Notes: generated from the sequence alone by a model not told the origin. A stretch of DNA of 64,000 nucleotides from an uncultured Candidatus Saccharibacteria bacterium (GCA_964406895.1 CAYOTK010000005.1:7484-71483), one strand, 5' to 3'. Positions 1 to 9,823 are shown, numbered from the stretch's first letter. Program-made: numbers and translations.

Positions 1-632
1 TAAAGAGTTTACATGTATCTCTACCCATACTTACTCGCATTGTTATATTTTTTTCGGAAAATATCATTTCGTATGGTTTGTATTATTTTTTGTCTTTGAT
101 TTTTGTCTTGATATTGTTTATTTATTTTTATAAAAGGAAAAAAGTATTCCGGTATTATTTCCAATCATTCCTGATCAAAATCCCCCTTATAGGCAATTTG
201 ATATCAATGTATTTTCTTTCTGTATTCTTGAGATCTATAGGTTCGCTGACAGAAAGTGGCATATCGGTATCAGTGGCGTATGAAGACTCCAAGGAAACGT
301 TATCATTCTTGCCTTTGTATGAAAGACTTCATGCCAATACGAAACAAATTCATCGCGGTATCGGAATGAGTAAAATATTTAGTTCAATACCAAGCGTTTT
401 GATGCCAGCATATATACCGCCTCTTATAGAGGCAGGAGAAGCGTCTGGTAATCTGGGCAAATCACTTCTGAGATCGGCGCATATTATAGATAGGAGTTTA
501 GAACATTCCTTGAAAAAGCTAACTTCACTTATTGAGCCAATTATGATGGCGGGTATTGGATGTGTGGTTGGTTCGATCGCACTTTCAATAATGATGCCTA
601 TATATGACATATCGAAAGTATTACAAAAATAA
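1..632 (+). CDS. Type II secretion / type IV pilus platform protein GspF/PilC, C-terminal part; the gene starts upstream of the window
   Basis: The reading frame is open from position 3 with no upstream stop. The C-terminal T2SS-F-like region (…PLIEAGEASGNLGKSLLRSAHII…, hydrophobic tail …IMMAGIGCVVGSIALSIMMPIYD) is followed directly by pilin genes. Confidence 0.55.
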   Translation, partial: KSLHVSLPILTRIVIFFSENIISYGLYYFLSLIFVLILFIYFYKRKKVFRYYFQSFLIKIPLIGNLISMYFLSVFLRSIGSLTESGISVSVAYEDSKETLSFLPLYERLHANTKQIHRGIGMSKIFSSIPSVLMPAYIPPLIEAGEASGNLGKSLLRSAHIIDRSLEHSLKKLTSLIEPIMMAGIGCVVGSIALSIMMPIYDISKVLQK

Positions 633-2103
633 AAAGGGCATGATTATTGTTGATGTAATGTTGGCTCTTACTCTGTCTACATTGTTGATTTTTTCTATTA
701 TTCAAATAATAGATTCTTCCTCACAAGTTTTCGAGCAAGCAAAGATGAAAAATTATCTCATGAATATTGCCATGTTGAATATGTATGAATTCGATGATTT
801 GCGAGAATATGAGACCAAGAAAATTGTAATATCAGATGTGGTCATTGAAGCTAGTTCTTTGCCTTGGGGCAACACTATGCAGGAAATATTGTTCGATATT
901 TATATTGATAAAACAAATATTCATGAATATATAACAGTCGTAAGAAAATCAAATTCACCGGATAATGTCATAGATAAGATCAGTAATAATTATTGTGCCG
1001 TCAATCCAGGTCTCAGTAATATTGTTGGCGATTATCAATATATTCAGAATTTTATATCTTATAAAAATGGTTTAACTCTTCCTTCGACCCAAATATCCTC
1101 GAGTACCACTATTGTCCTTCCACTAAATCCACTTTTGCCTCCGACTGATTTCGATATACACGATAACATCGCTTTTATATCAATTGATTCCAATGTTGCC
1201 TCAGATCCAGATTTAATTGTTTCTGACATTACCAATGTTAATAGCCCGATAATAAAAAGTGTTGCAAATACTGGCCCGGGAATATCTGGTTTTGTTACCA
1301 ATAGAGAATATTTATATGCAGCCGCTGCTAGTACTGCGGCCCAATTGCATATATTGAGGATTGGTCCAGAATATTCTTTGTCTCTCATTACGAAATATCA
1401 ATTGCCGTTACCGTATGCAACCGCAACACCACCACTAGGCACTTCTATTCTTTTTGCCAATGAAAAAGTATATGTAGGGACAACAAAATGGGATGGAGGA
1501 GAATTCAATATTATTGATGTTAAAGATCCGACCCGTCCATTCTTGTTAGGCTCATATGATATAGGAAGCAAAGTCGAGAATATAATGATTGCAAACAATG
1601 TGGCTTATATTTCTAATGCAGGCCAAGAATCACTGCTCGAATTGGATATTTCAGATCCTTCTAATATTAAGAAAATAGCATCTTTTTCACCACAAGGATA
1701 TGAAAGACAAGAAGGTAAGACTTCGACTGTATTTGAGAAAAAATTATTTTTCGGAAGAACTTCAGGAGGTTTCGATATCAGTAATGAGCATGAATTATTC
1801 TTATGGAATAGTACATCTTCTATTCAAGATATCTTTTCCTCCAAATACAACTCTGTGAACTTTTCAGGCGGAATATATGGCTTTGTCCCTTCAAGATTTG
1901 ATCTATTTTCGATCACGAGAAAGGGCGGAAATGAATTAACCATATTCGATAACAATACATCTTTATCGATGCAAAAGAGTGTGTCCCTGCCAATACTGCC
2001 ACAGGCTATCACGTGTAATGATCGGTATATATATGTTTTATCACATAATACACCTGCAATATTAAGATTGAGTTTTGATAAATACAAAAATGAAAATAAG
2101 TAA
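604..2103 (+). CDS. Large prepilin-like (pseudopilin) protein with LVIVD-type beta-propeller repeats
   Basis: The N-terminus MTYRKYYKNKKG|MIIVDVMLALTLSTLLIF has a short basic leader, Gly, Asp at +5 and a hydrophobic helix, which is a prepilin peptidase substrate pattern. The interior carries repeats like NIIDVKDPTRP…ISNAGQESLLELDISDPSN (LVIVD-like). Confidence 0.5.
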   Translation: MTYRKYYKNKKGMIIVDVMLALTLSTLLIFSIIQIIDSSSQVFEQAKMKNYLMNIAMLNMYEFDDLREYETKKIVISDVVIEASSLPWGNTMQEILFDIYIDKTNIHEYITVVRKSNSPDNVIDKISNNYCAVNPGLSNIVGDYQYIQNFISYKNGLTLPSTQISSSTTIVLPLNPLLPPTDFDIHDNIAFISIDSNVASDPDLIVSDITNVNSPIIKSVANTGPGISGFVTNREYLYAAAASTAAQLHILRIGPEYSLSLITKYQLPLPYATATPPLGTSILFANEKVYVGTTKWDGGEFNIIDVKDPTRPFLLGSYDIGSKVENIMIANNVAYISNAGQESLLELDISDPSNIKKIASFSPQGYERQEGKTSTVFEKKLFFGRTSGGFDISNEHELFLWNSTSSIQDIFSSKYNSVNFSGGIYGFVPSRFDLFSITRKGGNELTIFDNNTSLSMQKSVSLPILPQAITCNDRYIYVLSHNTPAILRLSFDKYKNENK

Positions 2104-2257
2104 AACATCATCTAAAATAGGAATGTCTCTTATAGAAGTAATTATTTATGTTTGTCTGTTGTCGATTTTATTATCAACTTTTATTCAGTTTGTTTATATC
2201 CATCAAGACAGAAACTACGAGCTTTTACATGAAATCAATGATGCTTATTCAGAATAA
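2075..2257 (+). CDS. Minor type IV pilin / pseudopilin
   Basis: …SKIG|MSLIEVIIYVCLLSILLSTF has the canonical G-(F/M)-(T/S)-L-I-E class III signal with Glu at +5. The true start is possibly the internal Met near 2090. Confidence 0.5.
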   Translation: MINTKMKISKTSSKIGMSLIEVIIYVCLLSILLSTFIQFVYIHQDRNYELLHEINDAYSE

Positions 2258-2579
2258 AAATTCAGGTTTTATGGCTACCGTATCAATTATTCTGATTTCA
2301 CTCGGGGTAATCGCTTTTTCACTGTCAGTTTCGAGTGGGGCAATATTATACGCTGATTTCATGAATAAAAAAGAAATGCGTATACAAGCCGGTTTCAATC
2401 TTGAAGCTTGTAAAGAGATTGCCCTCCAACAATTCAAACGTAATTATATATTTCTCAAACATATTGATATTTCCGAATTGGGTTGTGTTGCGGACTTGTT
2501 TCCAAATGGTTTGTATAAAACAATAAAACTCAATGCGGCCTTCGGGGGCACGCGGGTGGCGACGAGCACAGTTTTTTAA
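2229..2579 (+). CDS. Pilin-like small membrane protein (non-canonical prepilin signal)
   Basis: The internal Met start gives MKSMMLIQNKNSGFMATVSIILISLGVIAFSL, with a Gly followed by a hydrophobic helix but no Glu at +5. It lies between two pilin genes. The 2148 start would overlap the previous gene. Confidence 0.35.
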   Translation: MKSMMLIQNKNSGFMATVSIILISLGVIAFSLSVSSGAILYADFMNKKEMRIQAGFNLEACKEIALQQFKRNYIFLKHIDISELGCVADLFPNGLYKTIKLNAAFGGTRVATSTVF

Positions 2580-2660
2580 TTTAAGAAATCTTTAGGAAAA
2601 ATTTAATAAATCTTTAACACTGTTTTGATAATCTTCATTATTATTAGTAACAATAAAAAT

Positions 2661-3143
2661 ATGAAGAATAAACAAAGAAAGATTCGTAGTAAGGGGTTTA
2701 CGCTTATAGAAGTTCTTGTGGTTATTGGCATAATAGCGATCTTGGCAACTGTTGTGCTCGTTGCGGTAAATCCAAGTCGCCAATTCAAATTAGCCAGAGA
2801 TTCTCAGAGAACAAGCAATGTAAATGCGATCCTGAATGCTGTGCACCAGAATATGGCTGAGCACAAAGGAACTTTAGTTTGTAACGGTAGTGTCAAAGAT
2901 ATTCCATCAAGCTTCACTCTCATCAGAGATTCGAAGGATAGTGCGAATTGGGCAGGAGATATAGCTTCTTGTATTATTCCTGATTATATTTCTTCATTAC
3001 CATTTGACCCGAATAAAACCGGTGCAAATTATAAGGATAATGCTGAATATAATACTGGCTATGAAATAGCACGCGATATTAATGGCCGAATAACAGCAAG
3101 TTCTACCGGAGAGTTGACTCCAACTATTTCTGTTACGAGATAA
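2661..3143 (+). CDS. Type IV pilin (major pilin candidate)
   Basis: MKNKQRKIRSKG|FTLIEVLVVIGIIAILATVVLVAV is a textbook type IV prepilin leader with N-terminal helix. The start was chosen at the internal Met of ORF 2625. Confidence 0.75.
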   Translation: MKNKQRKIRSKGFTLIEVLVVIGIIAILATVVLVAVNPSRQFKLARDSQRTSNVNAILNAVHQNMAEHKGTLVCNGSVKDIPSSFTLIRDSKDSANWAGDIASCIIPDYISSLPFDPNKTGANYKDNAEYNTGYEIARDINGRITASSTGELTPTISVTR

Positions 3144-3172
3144 AGAGAGAGTAATATGGTAAAATTGTATGC

Positions 3173-4141
3173 ATGCTCTTCTCGCATAGAAATGCAATCA
3201 TTATTACAAGTGTAGTCGTTTCTTTCTTAGCAACGATCGTTGTGGTGCATTTGAAGAGAGTCAATGAAATTCCTTCAAATAATTTCGTCACTTTCAGGTA
3301 TGAGCCGTCTGTTTTGAATCCTGATCCTGAATTCTTCAATTCAAAATCTCAAGAAGAGAAACAATCTAGTGATCTCAAAATTGTAGAGAACAAAAAAAAT
3401 AAATCACAGAATGTTGATTCTGATAACGTGACGGCAAGAGCCTATTTGGTGGGAGATATACAATCAGGAAAGATTTTGCTAGGTAAGAATGTTGATATGG
3501 TTTTGCCCGTTGCTTCTATGTCCAAGCTTGTAACAGCTTTTGTGGCTACCGATGAATTGAATCTAGACAAAGTTATCGAAATTACTCCTGAGATGACCAA
3601 AGTGCCTCCCGATAGCAGTAATATAAAAGCAGGTGAGAAATATACCGTCAAAGAATTACTTTATCCTATGTTGCTTAACTCATCTAACATAGCAGCGGAG
3701 GCACTTGCTTCATCTTCTGACAGAGCTCATTTCATGGATCAAATGAAAAGTTATGCCTGGGAAATAGGTATGCCTTCTAGTTTCTTTAGTGATCCTTCAG
3801 GGGTTAGTGCAGAGAATACAGCTTCAGCAAAAGATCTGTTTGCATTATCTGTTTATCTTTACAAATTTAGACCTGATATATTGGCACTGACGCGCAATCC
3901 TTCTATGCTTTCTGCAGCAGTTGCTGACAGACAAACACATAATTTTTCTAGTACGCATCCTTTCGTTAGAGATGAGCGTTTCATTGGAGGCAAGACGGGT
4001 AGAACACCTCAGGCAGGGGATACTATGCTTACAATATTAAATATTGATAATAAACCAATATCATTCATCGTTCTTGGTTCAAAATATGATAATAGAGCCA
4101 ATGACACACGTTTGCTTATCGAGAAAATCAGCAAGAAATAA
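3173..4141 (+). CDS. D-alanyl-D-alanine carboxypeptidase (peptidase S11, PBP5-like), membrane anchored
   Basis: It has an N-terminal TM helix. SMSKLVTAF is the SxxK motif, SSNIAAE the SxN motif and GGKTGRT the KTG motif, in the correct order and spacing. Confidence 0.7.
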   Translation: MLFSHRNAIIITSVVVSFLATIVVVHLKRVNEIPSNNFVTFRYEPSVLNPDPEFFNSKSQEEKQSSDLKIVENKKNKSQNVDSDNVTARAYLVGDIQSGKILLGKNVDMVLPVASMSKLVTAFVATDELNLDKVIEITPEMTKVPPDSSNIKAGEKYTVKELLYPMLLNSSNIAAEALASSSDRAHFMDQMKSYAWEIGMPSSFFSDPSGVSAENTASAKDLFALSVYLYKFRPDILALTRNPSMLSAAVADRQTHNFSSTHPFVRDERFIGGKTGRTPQAGDTMLTILNIDNKPISFIVLGSKYDNRANDTRLLIEKISKK

Positions 4142-4903
4142 CTATTCAAGATCTACCAACCATTTCTTGATAAGTTCTGAGGTTTCTTCAGGACCTTTGA
4201 CTGATACACAGTCAACACCTGTGGCTTTGGCGGGGTAATCGTTTCCTCCATAGAATAAAGCGTCCCCGACGAAAACCATATCATCTGCATTAATTTTCAG
4301 ATAGTCTTCTAATCTCCTTATGCCATATCCTTTATTGACTCCTTTTCTTGTTATATCGACAGAAGTACTTCCACCGACTCTCACATCAAATTCAGGTATT
4401 TTTTGTTTTATTAGTTCTGCTATTTGTTCTCTTTTTTTCCTATCAGGATCCCAAGAAAGTTTTATTTGTACGGGGGCATTTTGTCCCAAAGCCGAAAAAG
4501 TTATTTGAGAGCCTCTGTCTTCGATTATTGGTCCGTATACTTTTTCTGGGTTTTGATAATTGGTTTGTTTCAAAACTTGATTGAGTGATGAAATTATTTT
4601 TTCTTTTTCTTCCTTGCTCAAAACTTCTGAATATTCTTCATGCCAGTCTCCTTTCCATGTATATAGTTTTGTGCCAGAAGTGGGGAGGAGCAATAGATTG
4701 CTTCCGAATTCATTTATGTTAGAAAGTTTGGCTAAGAATTGACTTTGGAATTGCGGGTATCCACCGCCAGAAATTACTGCCACTTTGATTTTTTTCATTA
4801 AGCCAGTAAGTAAAGAAGCCATTTCTTGTTCTAGCGGTGATTTGCTCACAGTGAGAGTGCCATCAAGATCGAACATTGCGATTTTTTTATCTTTGATATT
4901 CAT
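4142..4903 (-). CDS. HAD-IIB hydrolase, eukaryotic-type phosphomannomutase-like
   Basis: It has the N-terminal FDLDGTLT HAD motif I and the C-terminal VGDALFYGGNDYP motif (GD…GGND[HY]E of PMM). Its length (~250 aa) matches PMM. Confidence 0.5.
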   Translation of the reverse strand: MNIKDKKIAMFDLDGTLTVSKSPLEQEMASLLTGLMKKIKVAVISGGGYPQFQSQFLAKLSNINEFGSNLLLLPTSGTKLYTWKGDWHEEYSEVLSKEEKEKIISSLNQVLKQTNYQNPEKVYGPIIEDRGSQITFSALGQNAPVQIKLSWDPDRKKREQIAELIKQKIPEFDVRVGGSTSVDITRKGVNKGYGIRRLEDYLKINADDMVFVGDALFYGGNDYPAKATGVDCVSVKGPEETSELIKKWLVDLE

Positions 4904-4904
4904 A

Positions 4905-6806
4905 CTATGATTCTAACATTTCAAGCAGTATTTCCATATCGACATACGCAACGCCGACATGTTTATCTGCAGCTCCATAATATATGTATAATTTTCCATT
5001 TCTGACTATATTCCCACAAGGAAATACAACATTTGAGACTATGCCTTGCATCTCATAGGATTCTTGTGGTTCTAATATCGGTACTGCTGTACGTGCTCTC
5101 ACGATTGTCGGATCTTCCAAATCGAGCAAAACTGCACCTACTCGATATATAGCACTCCATGATACTCCGTGATAAAGCATGAGCCAACCCTTCGGGGTTT
5201 TGATTGGAGGACAAGATATGCCGACCTTGAGTCCGTCCCACATACCACGTCTCGGTTCTATAATCTCAATACACTGATCAATTTTTTCTTTGGAAAAATC
5301 TAGAGAATCAACGAAATCAGCACAGACGACTTCGTGAACTCTGTGGAATACCATGTATCGATTCTTTACAGGCTCGGGCAATATTGTGGCATCTTTGTTC
5401 GGAATGTTTGGAGGAGTTATGGCTTCGGGCTTACTCCACGCGCTCCATTTTTTGTTTATAAAATCACTCTTGGATATTGAACTTATGGCTACTCTAGGAG
5501 TAACTCCGTCATAACCTGTATAACTCATATATAGTTTATCGTTTATTTCTACAATTCTTGGATCTTCGCAACCGTATCCAGGACTATTATCAGTTTTTGA
5601 TTCGAATTTTTCTCTAGGGAAATAAATCGGTTTGTCAGGTCTTTCGTCTATCTTCAATCCGTCAAAAGATGAAGCGTATCCTATTGTAGATTGATTTGAT
5701 ACTGTTGCTGCTCTATATAGTAGATGAACTTTACCATCAATATCTATAGCGGCGGGATTGAGCGTCCCTCCTTGTTCCCACAAAAGCCCAGGTCTTGGTG
5801 ATATTATCGGGTTTCCTGGATATCTTTTGATAGCCTTTTTATATTCTCCGGTTATTGTTTTCATGAATTGTTTGAGCGGTATAGTTGCAAAAGCAGTGTG
5901 AGTATCAGCAGCACCGTAATAAATTTCCAATTTATCATTTCTTATGAGTGCCCCAGAAGGGAATATGGTATGGGACACTTGTCCTGTACGATCATAATAT
6001 GTTTCAGGAATAAGAAACGGGCCATCTGTTTTGCCTATGACTTTCCTAGGATCATTTAGATCTAGCAATAGTGCTTCTATGCCAAAGACATGATCGTCTC
6101 TGCCGTATCTTTGTATGTGAGCATAAATAACAAGCCAGCCATGATCTGTCTTCAATGGTACAGAACCAAGCTCAACGTGATCTTCTGCATATCTTCTTAT
6201 TTTAAGTTTATTATTATCGGATTTTTTCAACCATTCGTGCCAGAAAGATTCTGACCATAACTGTTCAATGTTGTCGCATTCTACGTAACATATATCAGAA
6301 GGTTTTCGGTCTGGATTTATGGTGACGAGTGCTGAAACCTTGCCATTTATTCTTTCTGGAAATATGGCCATAGCTTTTGCGTTGAATGGAGTGACCGGGT
6401 GTTTGGCTTCTATTGTTTTAAGATCATTACTTATTGCTACGGCAACTTTTATATTTTCTGCAGAGAATGGATACCCACTTAGTCCTGTATAAAAGATGTA
6501 GAATTTTCCCTCGAATTTTGTTACTCGAGGATCTTCACAACCGAACTTGTCGAAATCTGAATCATTGATGACCAGCTGTCTGTGTTTGTCATAATATATT
6601 CCATCCGAAGAATGAGCAACTGCTATTGTTGATGTCTGAATATGTGGCTCCTTCAGAATTTCATTGTCAGACATTGCTCGATAGATCAGATAGGTTTGAT
6701 TGTCGTGAATGACAGGGGAAGCGTTGAAAGCAGCAGCAGCTTCCCAAGAATGATCCAGGTCTGGTGATAATATTGGATTATGTTTTGATCGCGTGACTGT
6801 GAACAT
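4905..6806 (-). CDS. Protein with two tandem GH130-like domains (mannoside phosphorylase / DUF377 fold)
   Basis: The motif GCEDPR…Y…YTG…YYGAAD occurs twice (FGCEDPRVTKFEGKFYIFYTG…YYGAADTH and GYGCEDPRIVEINDKLYMSYTG…YYGAADKH). Confidence 0.65.
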   Translation of the reverse strand: MFTVTRSKHNPILSPDLDHSWEAAAAFNASPVIHDNQTYLIYRAMSDNEILKEPHIQTSTIAVAHSSDGIYYDKHRQLVINDSDFDKFGCEDPRVTKFEGKFYIFYTGLSGYPFSAENIKVAVAISNDLKTIEAKHPVTPFNAKAMAIFPERINGKVSALVTINPDRKPSDICYVECDNIEQLWSESFWHEWLKKSDNNKLKIRRYAEDHVELGSVPLKTDHGWLVIYAHIQRYGRDDHVFGIEALLLDLNDPRKVIGKTDGPFLIPETYYDRTGQVSHTIFPSGALIRNDKLEIYYGAADTHTAFATIPLKQFMKTITGEYKKAIKRYPGNPIISPRPGLLWEQGGTLNPAAIDIDGKVHLLYRAATVSNQSTIGYASSFDGLKIDERPDKPIYFPREKFESKTDNSPGYGCEDPRIVEINDKLYMSYTGYDGVTPRVAISSISKSDFINKKWSAWSKPEAITPPNIPNKDATILPEPVKNRYMVFHRVHEVVCADFVDSLDFSKEKIDQCIEIIEPRRGMWDGLKVGISCPPIKTPKGWLMLYHGVSWSAIYRVGAVLLDLEDPTIVRARTAVPILEPQESYEMQGIVSNVVFPCGNIVRNGKLYIYYGAADKHVGVAYVDMEILLEMLES

Positions 6807-6810
6807 TGTT

Positions 6811-7911
6811 TTATTCTACCTTGCCGTTCTTCATTAACCAGTCCAATAATGGTTGCAATTTTGTTTCTGCTACACAAACATGTTTATCTCCACCGCCGTA
6901 ATATACGTATAATTTGTCATCTCTTACTATTGCACCTGATGCATATACAACACCAGGCTTGCCATCATTTTCATATGGCATTTCAGGAGAAAGTATTGGT
7001 TTCGGTGCTCGATACAGAATCTTTTTAGGATCATTAAGATCGAGAATCATTGCGCCTATTTTGTACTTGTTTGGATCATTTTTATCCATCGCATGATAAA
7101 GAAGTAACCAACCTGCGCTCGTTTTTATTGGTGGAGGGCCCGCACCTCTTACCCAATTATCCCAGAACTCTTGTCTACCTCCTTTGGGCGGTTTACTCTT
7201 GATTTTTTCTTTATTGTAGAAATTGTCCAAGCTATCTAAATAATCGATTAAAATATTTGGTGATATTCCATGAAGTATTGCAAACTTACCATTTATTTTT
7301 TCAGGGAATAAAACCCAATTTTTATGAGTCTCACCCTCAGGTGATATAACAACAGGCTTTTTCCAATTCCACTTTTTCTTCTTGAAATCTTCTTCGCTTA
7401 TAGAAGTTACTGCCATTTTTATAGAACCCCAACCCTCGAAAGCGACATATGTCATGTAAATACGATCTTCTATCTGAACAGCTCTTGGATCTTCGCATCC
7501 GCCCCAACCACCACCAGAAGTGTAATATGAAGGATTGTATATTCTTGGTTCTTTAGGATCATTTTGCGGAGGACGAGGTGGTTGAAAAACTGGATATAGA
7601 GAGCGTTTGAAATTGATGCCGTCTTTACTTTCTGCGTGTCCGACGCTCGAAAGACCACCGCCACCAATCGCTCTATATAGCAAATGAACATTACCTTCTT
7701 TATCTTGGAGTGCACCAGGATTGAATGTGCCAACATTTTCCCAATCATGATGGGCACGTGGTGACATAACAGGATTGTTCGGATGTCTGTTCAGGCCAAA
7801 ATTAATTTTTGATTTACTATTATCAAGAGTCTTTTTGATGAGAAGAACGGCAATCACAATTATGAGTGCGAGAGATATAAGTATTAGTGCTGATATAATA
7901 TTGTCTTGCAT
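6811..7911 (-). CDS. GH130-like domain protein with N-terminal membrane anchor
   Basis: It has an N-terminal TM segment (ALILISLALIIVIAVLLI), then GCEDPRAVQIEDRIYMTYVAFEG … YYGGGDKH. Confidence 0.6.
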   Translation of the reverse strand: MQDNIISALILISLALIIVIAVLLIKKTLDNSKSKINFGLNRHPNNPVMSPRAHHDWENVGTFNPGALQDKEGNVHLLYRAIGGGGLSSVGHAESKDGINFKRSLYPVFQPPRPPQNDPKEPRIYNPSYYTSGGGWGGCEDPRAVQIEDRIYMTYVAFEGWGSIKMAVTSISEEDFKKKKWNWKKPVVISPEGETHKNWVLFPEKINGKFAILHGISPNILIDYLDSLDNFYNKEKIKSKPPKGGRQEFWDNWVRGAGPPPIKTSAGWLLLYHAMDKNDPNKYKIGAMILDLNDPKKILYRAPKPILSPEMPYENDGKPGVVYASGAIVRDDKLYVYYGGGDKHVCVAETKLQPLLDWLMKNGKVE

Positions 7912-7912
7912 T

Positions 7913-8266
7913 TTATTTATTGCGATTGTATTTGTCTTCGTATCTTACTATGTCATTTTCATCGAATTGCCCGAATGAAATTTCGAGAAGTATTAGATCA
8001 GAATTTGTTGCAGATATTCTGTGTTTGGTTTCTTTTGGAACGAAGTATTCTTTACCTGCGGTGGCAGAATCTTTGTTTTCTCCGATTTCGATCAAACCTT
8101 CTCCTGAAATTATATGCCAGAATTCTTCTCGGTTTTGATGTGATTGTAAACTCAAAGACTCTCCCGTTTTGACGGTTATTATTTTGACTGTTGATGGGGT
8201 GTTGTGTGTGAACTCCAAAAACTCTCCCCATGGACGGTGCTCTAAATATGGTTTGATGGGCAACAT
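7913..8266 (-). CDS. Cupin-domain protein (mannose-6-phosphate isomerase type II-like cupin_2)
   Basis: It is a small (117 aa) protein with the cupin motif region HQNREEFWHIISGEGLIEIGE. Confidence 0.45.
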   Translation of the reverse strand: MLPIKPYLEHRPWGEFLEFTHNTPSTVKIITVKTGESLSLQSHQNREEFWHIISGEGLIEIGENKDSATAGKEYFVPKETKHRISATNSDLILLEISFGQFDENDIVRYEDKYNRNK

Positions 8267-8331
8267 TTTGTAATTACCTATATTTTACCTTTTATTTTGC
8301 TTTTGTTTTTGGCAAATCTGTGTATAACTTA

Positions 8332-8340
8332 TGATATAAT
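8332..8340 (+). promoter_or_regulatory. Possible extended -10 promoter element (TGaTATAAT) upstream of the GtrA-family gene
   Basis: TGATATAAT lies 13 nt upstream of the ATG at 8354. A TTGGCA upstream sits 20 nt away, so it is not counted as a -35. Confidence 0.25.
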
Positions 8341-8353
8341 TGTAGTTACAAAA

Positions 8354-8788
8354 ATGAGCAAAATCAAAGTTTTTTTGATGCATTTCGAAAATAAATACAG
8401 TGCTTTGTATAAGGTTTTTCGCTATGTAGTTGCTGGTGGTACAGCAGCTATTGTTAATATTGGTTATTTATTCCTTTTTACTGACGTTTTTGGTGTTTGG
8501 TACATTATTTCCTCGGTGTTTGCCTATGTTATAGCTTTTTTGGTTAGTTTTACATTGCAAAAATACTGGACATTCAGGGATTATTCGACAGATCGCATGG
8601 CTAAACAGGGTACTATTTATTTTATTATTGGTTTTATCAATCTCGCCCTGAATACATTACTCATATATTTGTTTACAGATATTATTGGTCTGTATTATAT
8701 TGTTTCTCAGATAATATCTGGATTACTCATTGCTTGTATTAGTTTCTTTGTTTATAAGAATATAATTTTTTCTAAAACTCCAAAATGA
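8354..8788 (+). CDS. GtrA-family polysaccharide biosynthesis membrane protein
   Basis: FRYVVAGGTAAIVNIGYLFLFTDVFGVWYIISSVFAYVIAFLVSFTLQKYWTF is the GtrA family signature. The protein has four TM helices. Confidence 0.65.
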   Translation: MSKIKVFLMHFENKYSALYKVFRYVVAGGTAAIVNIGYLFLFTDVFGVWYIISSVFAYVIAFLVSFTLQKYWTFRDYSTDRMAKQGTIYFIIGFINLALNTLLIYLFTDIIGLYYIVSQIISGLLIACISFFVYKNIIFSKTPK

Positions 8789-9822
8789 AATTATTGATCT
8801 TAACTCAAAAGGTAAATAGAGATGATCCTATCCTTGGGTTTTTCTGTAGATGGATAACTGAATTTTCGAAACATTTTGAGAGTATAAAAGTTATTGCGCT
8901 AGAGGTTGAGAGTAATACTCCGAGCACCTTGCCAAATAACGTCAATGTATTTTCGCTAGGTAAAGACAAGAAGATTCACACCGGCCTCGGAAAAATCAAT
9001 TATATTCTGAGATTTTACAAATATATTTGGAGTTTGAGAGATGAGTATGATGCGGTTTTTGTGCATATGAATCAGGAATATATTTTGCTCGGCTATATTC
9101 TCTGGAAGATTTTAAAAAAGAAAATCTATATGTGGAGAAACCACTATTCCGGAAATTATCTAACAAGATTATCCGTTATGTTTTGTAACAAAGTTTTTTG
9201 TACCTCGAAATATTCATATACTGCTCAATTCAAAAAAACTGTACTTATGCCAGTTGGTATCGATACTGATTTTTTTGTGGCAAATCCGAATATCCGAAGG
9301 AAAGAGAAATCTATACTGTCATTAGGGAGAATTTCAAGTTCAAAAAATATTGATTTATTTGTTGATGCGTTGTTGGAACTATACAAAGAAGGAATCGATT
9401 TTTATTCATGCATATATGGTGATGCTTTACCGAAGGAATATAAATACAAGATAAGTTTAATTGAGAAAGTTTCCACTTCAGGTTGTAAGAATATTGAATT
9501 CCACGACGGTATTCCGAATTACAAAACACCCGAAATTTATTCAGCTTTCGATATTTTTATTAATTTGAGTCCGAGTGGAATGTATGATAAAACCATGTTT
9601 GAGGCTGCTGCTTGTGGTTGTCAGATCGTTGCTCTCAATCAAGACCTTATATTAGAGTTCGGTCCGGAGTATGTCGTGGAAAAACCAGAATTTCAAACAG
9701 TGGTAAACAAGTTAAAAATATTTTTGTCGGAAGGACGACCCCAAAAAAATCTGAGAGAAATTACGATTCAGAATCAAAGTTTAAGTCTCTTGGCAAAAAG
9801 ATTGAAAGAAGAAATGAAATAA
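8785..9822 (+). CDS. Glycosyltransferase family 1 (GT4-like)
   Basis: It has the GT-B C-terminal domain pattern (…FINLSPSGMYDKTMFEAAACGCQIVA…). Its start overlaps the previous gene (operon). Confidence 0.55.
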   Translation: MKLLILTQKVNRDDPILGFFCRWITEFSKHFESIKVIALEVESNTPSTLPNNVNVFSLGKDKKIHTGLGKINYILRFYKYIWSLRDEYDAVFVHMNQEYILLGYILWKILKKKIYMWRNHYSGNYLTRLSVMFCNKVFCTSKYSYTAQFKKTVLMPVGIDTDFFVANPNIRRKEKSILSLGRISSSKNIDLFVDALLELYKEGIDFYSCIYGDALPKEYKYKISLIEKVSTSGCKNIEFHDGIPNYKTPEIYSAFDIFINLSPSGMYDKTMFEAAACGCQIVALNQDLILEFGPEYVVEKPEFQTVVNKLKIFLSEGRPQKNLREITIQNQSLSLLAKRLKEEMK

Positions 9823-9823
9823 C

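Noticed and set aside
350-2437. Short antisense or overlapping ORFs within the pilus genes (350-610 -, 1059-1388 -, 1398-1598 -, 1824-2111 -, 2249-2437 -)
   Set aside because: They are fully embedded in longer, motif-supported genes on the other strand and have no independent evidence.
8309-8314. TTGGCA as -35 box for the GtrA promoter
   Set aside because: It is separated by 20 nt from the TATAAT hexamer, so the spacer is too long for a sigma70 -35/-10 pair. Only the extended -10 is reported.
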